Source: an uncultured bacterium (GTDB taxonomy: Bacteria; Actinomycetota; Acidimicrobiia; Spongiisociales; UBA5794). Taken from it: a DNA stretch of 64,000 nucleotides. Position numbers and translations under genes: made by a program. The DNA is taken from NCBI GenBank assembly GCA_963801165.1, contig CAWDDT010000007.1:1-64000 (forward strand), written 5' to 3'. Shown here piece after piece: positions 28,922-37,453 of this stretch (the first letter of the stretch is position 1; every line of letters starts with the position of its first letter). The notes under the pieces were generated by a model. The model had not been told where the DNA came from, did not search any database, and saw only the letters and a program-made list of their open reading frames with translations.

Positions 28922-28969
28922 TCGTAGCGGGGGCAGGACTTGAACCCACGACCTTCGGGGGTTATGAGC
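28922..28969 (-). pseudogene. tRNA-fMet 3' half, copy E
   Basis: TCGTAGCGGGGGCAGGACTTGAACCCACGACCTTCGGGGGTTATGAGC; preceded on + by hairpin GCCCTC..GAGGGC. Confidence 0.75.
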
Positions 28970-28983
28970 TCGAGCCCGCTCCT

Positions 28984-29868
28984 TCACAGCTCCGGCAGCG
29001 GCACGTAGATGCGCTTCCTGGCGTCGAATCGGAGGTGGTGGGTGTAGCCGGCGGTGCGAGCAGCGGCGACGACTGCGGCCAGCTCCAAGGCCGTGTCCTG
29101 AGGGCGATGCGCATCAGACGCCAGGGTTATCGGCACATTGGCCCGCTGGAACATCTCGAGGAATAGGGGAGCGGGGTAGATCTCCTGGATGGTCTGGCGG
29201 AGGCCGGCGCTCGACACCTCGACCGCAGTGCCGCTGGCCGCAGCCGCCTGGACGACCTCGTTGTACAGATCGACCGGGGGGTGGTACGGCCGCCCGCCGG
29301 CACGCTTGACGAAATCGACGTGGGCCAGCACATCGACGAGACCCGATCCCGCCAGAGCCGTCTCCGCGGCAAAGTACTTCTCATAGGCGGCACGATCGCC
29401 AATACGCTCGTATTCCTTCATACCGGCCTTGCGATCGGGCCACCAGGCACCGACCCAGTGGACCGAGCCGATCAGGTAGTCGAACGGGTACGGGGCCAGC
29501 AGCTCGAGGATCTTCTCCTCAGTGCCCGGCTGGAAGTCGACCTCCAAACCCAGCTTGACAGGAAGACCGCGGTCCTTGGCGTCGACGACAACCTCCACGT
29601 ACCGCTCCAGCGAGAGGCTTCGCTCGCTGCCGACGATCCTGGCGATCTCGTCGGCCAGCCCCGGGTTGGGATCGTCCTCCCACCACCGCCCGAGTACCGG
29701 CTCCGATTCGTGGCAGCGGTAGAAGTGCTCGGTGAACCCGATCTCGGTCGCCCCGCGCTCGAGCGCAGTATCCACATACTGATCGATATACCCGGCGGGG
29801 TACTCGCCCATAGGCGGAGCCCACGGCGTGGGATGGTGAGGATGGAGGTGGAGGTGATAGTCGCTCAT
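28984..29868 (-). CDS. PHP-family histidinol-phosphatase (HisJ-like)
   Basis: DYHLH, GFTEH, GLEVDF, IGSVH, AHVD, ASDAH. Confidence 0.85.
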   Translation of the reverse strand: MSDYHLHLHPHHPTPWAPPMGEYPAGYIDQYVDTALERGATEIGFTEHFYRCHESEPVLGRWWEDDPNPGLADEIARIVGSERSLSLERYVEVVVDAKDRGLPVKLGLEVDFQPGTEEKILELLAPYPFDYLIGSVHWVGAWWPDRKAGMKEYERIGDRAAYEKYFAAETALAGSGLVDVLAHVDFVKRAGGRPYHPPVDLYNEVVQAAAASGTAVEVSSAGLRQTIQEIYPAPLFLEMFQRANVPITLASDAHRPQDTALELAAVVAAARTAGYTHHLRFDARKRIYVPLPEL

Positions 29869-30008
29869 TCGGCGCGTTCGTCTCGTCGGGCGCGGATCAG
29901 GATCACCGCCAGCCTAGGGCCGGCGTCGCCGCCGTGCGGCGATGGGGAGCAGCAAGCGAGGCCGCGGCCCGGGAACAGGGGGGACGACTCCCGGACCGCG
30001 GCCTGGAC

Positions 30009-30860
30009 CTATGCCTTCAGCTCGTCGTACAGCGACCCTGCGTTGTAGGAGTTGATGTAATCCATCATGTACTCCTGGCCGATGTCGACGGGGTAGCGGT
30101 CCTTGAACTGCACCCGCTCGACGGTCTCGTCCCGTGACCAGCCTTTGGCAATGGCAACGGCGACGGCCGTCTTCCACTCCAGCAGCATCGAGCGCTGGGT
30201 CGCCACGTATTTGGTGGTCGTCACGGGGCCGTGGCCGGGGATGACGTGGTCGACGTCGAGCGACTCGACGACGTCGAGCGCCGCCAGCCACTGGTCGACG
30301 TTCGATGTCATCAGCCAGGTCTGGCATTCGCTGAAGATCGTGTCGCCGGTGAACACGGCCCGCTCCTCGGGAATATGCACCGCCACCTGGCCCGGGGTGT
30401 GCCCCGGTGTGTGGATCAGCTCGAAAGTGTGCCCGCCGACCCGTAGCGTCAGATTCCCGGTGAACACGATCGAGCCCTTGTTGGGATCCTGGTAGTACTC
30501 GTCGCGGTCGGGGAAGATCGCCTCACCCTCGGGATCGTCGGTCGGGATGGCCTCGGCGGCGTAGGCAAATGGGTCGAGCTCGGGCCCGACCACCATGAAG
30601 TTGTCGTACACCCCCTGGTGGTGCACCACCTCGCCTGCGCCCCTGAAGTAGTAGTTGCCAAAGATGTGGTCGACGTGGTGCTCGGTGTTGATGACGTAGC
30701 GAATCTCGCCGTACTCCTCGGCGTCCTTGCGCATTTGCACGGCGCGAGTCGGCAGCTGCGGCGTGTCGATGACGACCACCCCGTCGGATGTGGTCACAAA
30801 ACTCGGATTACAGCCACGTAGCTTCGTTTCCGTGAAGATGTTTCTGGTCACATTCTCCAT
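30009..30860 (-). CDS. MBL-fold metallo-hydrolase (cyclase-like)
   Basis: NTEHHVDH, PGHTPG, FTGD, IPGHG. Confidence 0.85.
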   Translation of the reverse strand: MENVTRNIFTETKLRGCNPSFVTTSDGVVVIDTPQLPTRAVQMRKDAEEYGEIRYVINTEHHVDHIFGNYYFRGAGEVVHHQGVYDNFMVVGPELDPFAYAAEAIPTDDPEGEAIFPDRDEYYQDPNKGSIVFTGNLTLRVGGHTFELIHTPGHTPGQVAVHIPEERAVFTGDTIFSECQTWLMTSNVDQWLAALDVVESLDVDHVIPGHGPVTTTKYVATQRSMLLEWKTAVAVAIAKGWSRDETVERVQFKDRYPVDIGQEYMMDYINSYNAGSLYDELKA

Positions 30861-30881
30861 CGGTGTTCCTCCTTGTGAGAT

Positions 30882-31667
30882 CTACTGAGTGGCCGTGAGC
30901 CCGCCATCGATGGTCAGGATCTGACCGGTGATGAACGAGCAAGCGTCCGAACAGAACAGCAATGCGGCGCCGACGAGATCGTCGGTCTGGCCCACCCGGG
31001 CCAGCGGTATCCGGTTGACGATGCCGGCCTTGAAATCAGGGTCGTCGAGCAGCATGGCAACCTGGGGCGTGTCGACGAACGTCGGGGCGATGGCATTGAC
31101 GGTGATGCCGTGCTTGGCCCACTCGGTGGCCCACTGTCTGGTCAGTGAGTCGATGGCGCCCTTGGCGGCGACGTACGCCGAATACCCGGCGTCGATGCCG
31201 AGTTGGCCGCGCACCGACGAGACGTTGAGGACGTGGCCCCCGTGGCCGCCGGCGATCATTGCCTTCACCGCCGCCTGGGTGGCGAGCAGGGTGCTGCGGA
31301 CGTTCAGGTCGAAGATCCAGTCCCAATCGTCCTCTGGGTACTCCTCGGCGCCGTGGAGCACGTTTCCGGCGCCGCCACCGATCGTGTTGACGATGATGTC
31401 TACCCGGCCGAAACGCTCCATTACCTCTGCGACGGTGCGGTCCGCATCTGGCTTCTTGGTCATGTCGGCTTCGATGGCGAGTGCCTCCGAACCGGCTTCC
31501 CGGACGCGTTTGGCGGCCGCATCGGCCCGCTCGCGTGACCGGCCGACGATCGCCACGTTTGCCCCGGCACCGGAGAGCGCCACTCCAAGCGCAGAGCCGA
31601 TGGCTCCACTCCCACCCGGGATCATGGCCACCTTGCCGTCCAGTCTGAAAATGTCGGTTTGGCCCAT
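30882..31667 (-). CDS. SDR oxidoreductase (gluconate 5-DH/KduD-like)
   Basis: GGSGAIG, YVAAK, VNAIAP, ITGQILTIDGG. Confidence 0.9.
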   Translation of the reverse strand: MGQTDIFRLDGKVAMIPGGSGAIGSALGVALSGAGANVAIVGRSRERADAAAKRVREAGSEALAIEADMTKKPDADRTVAEVMERFGRVDIIVNTIGGGAGNVLHGAEEYPEDDWDWIFDLNVRSTLLATQAAVKAMIAGGHGGHVLNVSSVRGQLGIDAGYSAYVAAKGAIDSLTRQWATEWAKHGITVNAIAPTFVDTPQVAMLLDDPDFKAGIVNRIPLARVGQTDDLVGAALLFCSDACSFITGQILTIDGGLTATQ

Positions 31668-31714
31668 CCCGGGTTCTCCTTGTGATCGTCCGGTCGTTGC
31701 AGTCGTCTGGGGCG

Positions 31715-32077
31715 CTAGTCCTTCTCGTAAGAGCCGGGGACCACCGGGGGAGAGAACGAGGTGACCATGGTCAGCGGTTCGGGCCCGTGCGATACCGTTT
31801 GGTGGTGCAGACCCGGCGGGATGTACACGACTGTGCCCGGGGTGAGAGTGGCCGTTCCGTCCGGCGTCACCAGCTCGCCCGCTCCCGTGATGATGTAGAT
31901 GACTTCCTCCTGGGTGGGGTGGACGTGACCCTCCGGCGCCGATCCGGCCGGGAACTCGGAGAAACCGACGGTGATGTTCTCCGCCCCGTTGATCTCCGGT
32001 CCGATGTAGTGAAGCCAATCACGGCCCGGCAGGTGATAGACCCGCGCTTGTTCCCGTCCCACGGCTTTGAGTTCCAC
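31715..32077 (-). CDS. Cupin domain protein
   Basis: HVHPTQEE...PPGLHH; AAGGAGG RBS before GTG. Confidence 0.85.
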   Translation of the reverse strand: MELKAVGREQARVYHLPGRDWLHYIGPEINGAENITVGFSEFPAGSAPEGHVHPTQEEVIYIITGAGELVTPDGTATLTPGTVVYIPPGLHHQTVSHGPEPLTMVTSFSPPVVPGSYEKD

Positions 32078-32116
32078 TCGTCGCCTCCTTGGATCCCGGG
32101 TCCTTCCCGAAAGACG

Positions 32117-32143
32117 CTCAATCATCGATTATCGAGTATTGAG
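32117..32143. promoter_or_regulatory. 27-bp palindromic operator upstream of the cupin-SDR-MBL operon
   Basis: CTCAAT-CA-TCGAT-T-ATCGA-GT-ATTGAG. Confidence 0.65.
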
Positions 32144-32201
32144 ATTAGTTGTTGACGGGGACGATGGTCAAAAACCGTCGGGTCGTGGGGCTTTTTGGGC
32201 G

Positions 32202-32696
32202 TCAGCTGAGGTGCCGGACCGCCTGATTCCAGGCGTCCTCGTCGACCAGCTCGCCCAGGTGGGCGACGGCAAACTCGATCTGTCGCATACATCCGTTCCT
32301 CCACACGCCGCTGGCGATGAAGGCGTCATGCTGGGAGGGGATAGAAATGTCGTAGCCGATTAGGTCCGCACAGTCCCGGCTGCCGAACTCGGTCTCGAAC
32401 TTGTTGACGAGATCCTGGATGATGCCGCGTGCGACTCTTTTGGCTTGCTTGTGGTCGGCGAGACGTACCCCGGCGAGACGACCGACCGCCACCGCCGCCC
32501 CGGTTATGGCGCCACAGACGCCGCCGCTGTATGCAACGCCGCCGCTGAGGGCCATGGCAGGGGACGAGTCGGACGGGTCGGGCATCGCAAAGATCGTCTG
32601 CAGAGCTACGAGTGTGGCCTCGGCACAGCCGTAGAGGTTGTCGTCACGGAGGAACAGATCTCTCGCCAGCTCCCGGGGATCCTCCGTTTCAGCCAT
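32202..32696 (-). CDS. C-GCAxxG-C-C family putative redox protein
   Basis: GCAE...VCGAITG...SRDCADL...NGC. Confidence 0.85.
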   Translation of the reverse strand: MAETEDPRELARDLFLRDDNLYGCAEATLVALQTIFAMPDPSDSSPAMALSGGVAYSGGVCGAITGAAVAVGRLAGVRLADHKQAKRVARGIIQDLVNKFETEFGSRDCADLIGYDISIPSQHDAFIASGVWRNGCMRQIEFAVAHLGELVDEDAWNQAVRHLS

Positions 32697-33016
32697 GCCG
32701 ACGCATCCTTTCCGCCCGTCTCTCCGCAACCGCCAGGGCCACCTCGAGAATAGCCACAACCAGGAACCGCCCATCGGGCACTGTGCGCAACTAGCGATCC
32801 CCCAATTCCGGCGGGATGTGGGCGTCTTGGGTGGCGAGGAGGTCGATTTCATCAGCCTTCTGAGCGATCCGGGTTGCACTCTTTTTGTGAATCTGGACCT
32901 GTTCGCAAGGCCCTCCTCGACCTGGCCCTGCGGGCCGGTCGATCCTCCCAGAGGGAGGATGAATTCCTTTTCCTCCGGAGAAGTGGCGGGCTCTTTGTGT
33001 GGGTTGGGGGCAAGCA

Positions 33017-33333
33017 GTGATCCCCCCATTTCGGGGGGATCGGGCGGCCTCCCGGGCCGTCCGAGGGGGGAAGGACGAGCGGCGGTCGCCGTTGGTTTTG
33101 TCTCCCCTCCCGGTCCGGTCCCTCCCTGCGGTCGGGTCTGGCCCCGCCCTCCCGCAAGGGGAGGGCTACTACTGGCGTGACCGCCGATCGGGTGCTGTGG
33201 GCATGTGATCCCCCCATTTCGGGGGGATCGGGCGGCCTCCCGGGCCGTCCGAGGGGGGAAGGACGAGCGGCGGTCGCCGTTGGTTTTGTCCCCCTCCCCG
33301 TCCAGTCCCTCCCTGCGGTCGTGTCTGGCCCCG
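33017..33333. repeat. Tandem ~130-bp direct repeat (33017-33146 and 33205-33333; first 86 bp identical)
   Basis: Direct comparison; each unit has palindrome GATCCCCCCATTTCGGGGGGATC and, on the minus strand, hairpin CGTCC-TTCCCCCCTC-GGACG. Confidence 0.95.
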
Positions 33334-33385
33334 AACGCCCCTCCCACATGGTGGACAATCGCGAGAAGTAGTACGGTCTCTCGAC

Positions 33386-34114
33386 ATGGACGACTCCCCG
33401 GACCAGGGCCCCGCCCCGCGAGTCAAGGTTCTCGCCTGTGCCACGGTGCTCGAGGAGATCCGCCCTCTACTGGAGCCGGAAACGGCAGTCGAAATGTTCG
33501 ACTTCGGGCTCCATCTCCGACCCGGGGGACTGCGCGAAGCGCTCCAGAACGCCGTCGACGAAGCCGGTGAGGACTACGACGTCGTGCTCCTCGGCTACGG
33601 TCTCTGTTCGATGGCCGTTGTCGGGCTGGAAGCCAACAACTGCACGATCGTCATCCCCCGGGTGGACGACTGCATCGGGGCATTCCTCGGTTCCCAGGAG
33701 GAGTATCTGGCCCGCTCGGCCGAGGAGCCGGGCACCTATTACCTCAGCAAGGGATGGATCGAGGTCGGTGACACACTGCTCGGCGAATACCACCGCATGG
33801 CCGAAAGACACGGTGAGGAGAAGGCGATGCGGATGATGTCGCTGATGCTGGAGCACTACAAGCGTCTCGTGTATATCGATACCGGCCACTCCGACCAGGA
33901 GCCGTACCGGGAGAAGGCCCGGGCCATCGCCGCCCACTTCGATCTCGAGTACCAGGAGATCACAGGCTCGAACCGGCTGCTCGGCAAGCTGCTCAACGGT
34001 CCCTGGGACGATGACTTCGTGGTCGCCCCGCCGGGCACAACAGTCGGCTACAACGATTTCAGGTCGACCGCACCGGTCTCCGCCAATGTCACGATCGGAA
34101 GAGTGGCCGAGTGA
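33386..34114 (+). CDS. DUF1638 family protein
   Basis: LAC, FGLH..P, GYGLC, PRVDDCI, PGTYYLSKGW. Confidence 0.88.
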   Translation: MDDSPDQGPAPRVKVLACATVLEEIRPLLEPETAVEMFDFGLHLRPGGLREALQNAVDEAGEDYDVVLLGYGLCSMAVVGLEANNCTIVIPRVDDCIGAFLGSQEEYLARSAEEPGTYYLSKGWIEVGDTLLGEYHRMAERHGEEKAMRMMSLMLEHYKRLVYIDTGHSDQEPYREKARAIAAHFDLEYQEITGSNRLLGKLLNGPWDDDFVVAPPGTTVGYNDFRSTAPVSANVTIGRVAE

Positions 34115-35964
34115 CCTCGGGGCACGAGGTCCGGTTCCAGCCGATCGGCAGACGGATCACGGTGTCCGCGGATACGACGGTGTTCGACGCAGCCAGAGAC
34201 GCCGGGGTGGATCTGACCTCGGCGTGCGGGGGCGAGGGCCGCTGCGGTCTATGCCGGGTCGAGGCCGTCTCCGGGGAGGTGTCCCAGCCCGAGACTGCCG
34301 AGTTGGCGGTGCTCGGCTCACAGGTCGACGATCGACTCAGGCTGGCATGCCGGATGCGGATCGGCAGCGACGTCGTCGTCCGTATCCCGGCCACCTCGAT
34401 GCTCTCGGGCCCCCGACTCCAGGTCGGCGGAGTCGCCGTGCCCGTCGAGGTCGACCCGGTGGTGCAGGCCTATCAGATAACGATGGAGCCGGCCACGCTG
34501 ACCGATCCCCGTGCCGATCTGGACAGGCTGCTGGGGGCGCTCGCCGCTGCGCACGGGGTGCTCGCAACGGGTGCCTCGTTGCCGGTGATCAGCGCTCTCA
34601 GCGGGCCGCTGCGCGACCACGACTGGACGGTTACCGCCTTTGTCCGGGGTGATCAACTTGTCGGAATCGCCGAGCCGGACGCCGCCCCGATCGGGATCGC
34701 GGTCGATCTGGGAACGACCAAGATCGCCGCCCACCTGCTCGATCTGGCCACCGGCGAGAACCTGGGCGCAGCGGGCGTGCCCAACCCGCAGATCGCATAC
34801 GGCGAGGATGTCATCAGCCGCCTCGAGCACGCCTACCGAAATCCCGACGGCGGCGATCAGCTCGCCGGGGTTGTCTGCGAGGCGATCGATGGCCTCGCAG
34901 GCGAGCTTCTCGAGCAGGCCGGGAAGAAGCGGGAGCAGCTCGTCGACGCCTGCATCGTCGGGAACACGGCCATGATCCATCTGCTGCTCGGCTATCCAAT
35001 CCGCCAGCTCATCAAGGCCCCGTTCATCGCGTCGTCGGCCCGTCCCAGCGACGTCCCGGCGGCGGCGATCTCGCTGGACGCCGCCCCAGGTGCGCTGGTC
35101 CACGTGCCGGGCTCGATCGGTGGTTTCGTCGGGGCCGACCACGTCGCCATGATCCTCGCGTCCGACATCGGTCTCGCCGACACAACCGTGCTCGGCATCG
35201 ACATCGGTACCAACACCGAGATCGTCCTGAGCAAGAGAGGGGCTGGTCGTCTCACCGCCACCTCGTGTGCGTCCGGTCCGGCGTTTGAGGGTGCGCACAT
35301 CGCCGATGGGATGCGAGCCGCCGCAGGCGCCATCGAGCGTCTCACCATCACCGAGGCGGGTGTCGAATACGAGACGATCGAGGACGCCGCCCCTATCGGG
35401 CTGTGCGGCTCGGGCATCGTCGATGCCGTAGCCGAGCTGCATCGGCGCGGGATCATCAACCCGCGTGGGCGTTTCGAAAAGGACGATCCGAGGGTCACGA
35501 TCGGTGACGGGGGTCCCCAGCTCGTCTTGGCGGCTGCGGCGACCACGGGCAGCGGCCGCGACGTGGTGATCACCCAGCATGACGTCAACGAGATACAGCT
35601 CGCCAAGGGCGCCATCCACGCCGGGGTCGAGATTCTGCTCGAGCTCACAGAAACCGAGCCGGAGGAAGTCGACATCGTGCTCATCGCGGGCGCGTTCGGC
35701 TCGTTCCTCACGGTGGACAGTGCCCTCGACATCGGTCTACTGCCCCGGCTGCCTCGCGCCGGCTACCGCCAGGTCGGCAACGCGGCCGTTGTCGGTGCCG
35801 TGCGCATGCTGGTATCAGCCTCTGAGCGGCGCCGGGCCGAGGAGATTCTCGACAACACCGGGTACGAGGAACTGACGGTGCAGCCTGTCTTCGGGAGACG
35901 CTTCGCCATGGGCATGCTTCTCCCGAATCTGGAGGCGACATCCAACATGGAAAGGACGGCATGA
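34111..35964 (+). CDS. ATP-dependent reductive activator of corrinoid proteins (RACo/RamA-type; 2Fe-2S + ASKHA)
   Basis: CGGEGRCGLC...RLAC; DLGTT, GEDVISR, FVGAD, DIGTNTE, GPAFEG, GLCGSG, QLAKGA, AGAFG. Confidence 0.92.
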   Translation: MTSGHEVRFQPIGRRITVSADTTVFDAARDAGVDLTSACGGEGRCGLCRVEAVSGEVSQPETAELAVLGSQVDDRLRLACRMRIGSDVVVRIPATSMLSGPRLQVGGVAVPVEVDPVVQAYQITMEPATLTDPRADLDRLLGALAAAHGVLATGASLPVISALSGPLRDHDWTVTAFVRGDQLVGIAEPDAAPIGIAVDLGTTKIAAHLLDLATGENLGAAGVPNPQIAYGEDVISRLEHAYRNPDGGDQLAGVVCEAIDGLAGELLEQAGKKREQLVDACIVGNTAMIHLLLGYPIRQLIKAPFIASSARPSDVPAAAISLDAAPGALVHVPGSIGGFVGADHVAMILASDIGLADTTVLGIDIGTNTEIVLSKRGAGRLTATSCASGPAFEGAHIADGMRAAAGAIERLTITEAGVEYETIEDAAPIGLCGSGIVDAVAELHRRGIINPRGRFEKDDPRVTIGDGGPQLVLAAAATTGSGRDVVITQHDVNEIQLAKGAIHAGVEILLELTETEPEEVDIVLIAGAFGSFLTVDSALDIGLLPRLPRAGYRQVGNAAVVGAVRMLVSASERRRAEEILDNTGYEELTVQPVFGRRFAMGMLLPNLEATSNMERTA

Positions 35965-36755
35965 AGCTAATCGGAGAGAAGATCAACGGCACCCGGAAGC
36001 GGGTTGCTGCCGCCATTACAGACCGCGACGGCGATTACATCACCCAGCTGGCAACCAGCCAGGCCGGGGCCGGGGCGACGTGGCTCGATCTCAACGCGGG
36101 AACCCACCCAGACCGCGAGCCCGATGATCTTGTTTGGCTCATCGAGACCGTCCAGTCGGCTGTCGACCTGCCCCTGTCTCTGGACAGCGCGAACCCGACG
36201 GCGCTCGAAACGGCGCTCGGCCACGTCGCCAGGACGCCGATCATCAATTCGATCAGCGGCGAGCGCGCCCGGATCGAGGGGATCCTCCCCCTGGCCGCTA
36301 AACACGGCACAGGGGTGGTAGCTCTTGCCATTTCCGAGACCGGGATCCCCGAGACCGCCGACGAGCGGATGGCCGTGGTTCGCAACCTCATCGCGGCGAC
36401 CCGAGCCGCCGGTGTCGCCGACCACGACGTTTACGTCGATCCGCTCTTGTTGACGGTCGCCACCAACAACGACGGGGCTCTCATTGCGCTCACCACCATG
36501 AAGATGGTCCGCAAGGAGTTTCCCGACGCCCATCTCACCGTCGGGCTCAGCAATGTCTCGTTCGGGCTGCCCGCCCGGGCGCAGATCAACCGTGGTTTTC
36601 TGACCCTCGCCATCGAGGCCGGGCTGGACACGGCGATCGCCGACCCGCTCGACAAGGGTCTGCAGGCACAGATACTGGTCACCGAGATGCTGCTGGGCCG
36701 GGACCGGCACTGTCTCAACTACGTCAGAGCATCACGAACAGGCCTGTTCGAATAG
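35961..36755 (+). CDS. Methyltetrahydrofolate:corrinoid methyltransferase (AcsE/MT2, pterin-binding)
   Basis: IGEKING, LDLNAG, LSLDS, INSISGE, GLSNVSFGLP. Confidence 0.9.
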   Translation: MKLIGEKINGTRKRVAAAITDRDGDYITQLATSQAGAGATWLDLNAGTHPDREPDDLVWLIETVQSAVDLPLSLDSANPTALETALGHVARTPIINSISGERARIEGILPLAAKHGTGVVALAISETGIPETADERMAVVRNLIAATRAAGVADHDVYVDPLLLTVATNNDGALIALTTMKMVRKEFPDAHLTVGLSNVSFGLPARAQINRGFLTLAIEAGLDTAIADPLDKGLQAQILVTEMLLGRDRHCLNYVRASRTGLFE

Positions 36756-36774
36756 CAACCGGAAAGGAACACAC

Positions 36775-37407
36775 ATGACTACACCCGCGGATCTGGTGTC
36801 GGCGATAACCGACATGCGGGAGGATGACGCCACGACCTACGCTCGGGAGTTGCTCGACGGGGGGACCAAGCCGGTTGCCATCCTCGAGGCCTGCCGTGAG
36901 GCGATGGACATCATCGGCAAGCGGTTTGAGGTAGGGGAGGCCTTCATCCCCGAGCTGATCCTCGCCGGCGAGATGCTCAAATCGGTGACCGAGGTCGTCA
37001 AGCCGCACCTCGAGGCAGAGGCGCCGCAGGAGCCGGTGGGCAAGGTCGTTCTGGGCACCGTTGAGGGCGATATCCACGACATCGCCAAAGACATTGTCGG
37101 TTTCATGCTCGAGATCAACGGCTTTGAGGTCACCGACCTCGGTGTCGACGTGCCTGCTGCCAAGTTCGTAGAGACGGTCGGGCAGACCGGGGCGAAGATC
37201 GTCGGTCTGAGCGGATTCCTCACCCTCGCCTATGACCCGATGAGGGACACGGTCGAGGCTCTCAAGGCCTCCGGTTTCGACGGCAAGGTCATGGTGGGCG
37301 GCGGTCAGGTCGACGAGAGCATCCGTGATTACACGGGGGCCGATGCGTACGGGAAGGACGCCATGGCTGCTGTTGCCCTCGCCAAGGAGTGGTCGGGCGC
37401 AGCTTGA
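36775..37407 (+). CDS. Corrinoid (B12-binding) protein
   Basis: Cap domain (FIPELILAG) plus GDIHDIAK, DLGVDV, GLSG, VGGG. Confidence 0.92.
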   Translation: MTTPADLVSAITDMREDDATTYARELLDGGTKPVAILEACREAMDIIGKRFEVGEAFIPELILAGEMLKSVTEVVKPHLEAEAPQEPVGKVVLGTVEGDIHDIAKDIVGFMLEINGFEVTDLGVDVPAAKFVETVGQTGAKIVGLSGFLTLAYDPMRDTVEALKASGFDGKVMVGGGQVDESIRDYTGADAYGKDAMAAVALAKEWSGAA

Positions 37408-37453
37408 GCTCCACCGGAAACAAGGCCGATTGCTAAACCAAGGAGTCACAGAG

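Noticed and set aside
25664-28969. Functional tRNA-Met genes
   Set aside because: D-arm and 5' acceptor strand are absent and the anticodon stems are damaged
33017-33333. CRISPR array or coding repeat (ORFs 32202-33347 and 32852-33358)
   Set aside because: Only two long units and no cas genes; the translations are low-complexity G/P/R shadow frames
32700-33385. Cobalamin riboswitch upstream of the B12 operon
   Set aside because: No recognisable GGGAA / GCCCCCGCAACTGT / GCCACTG B12-box core on either strand
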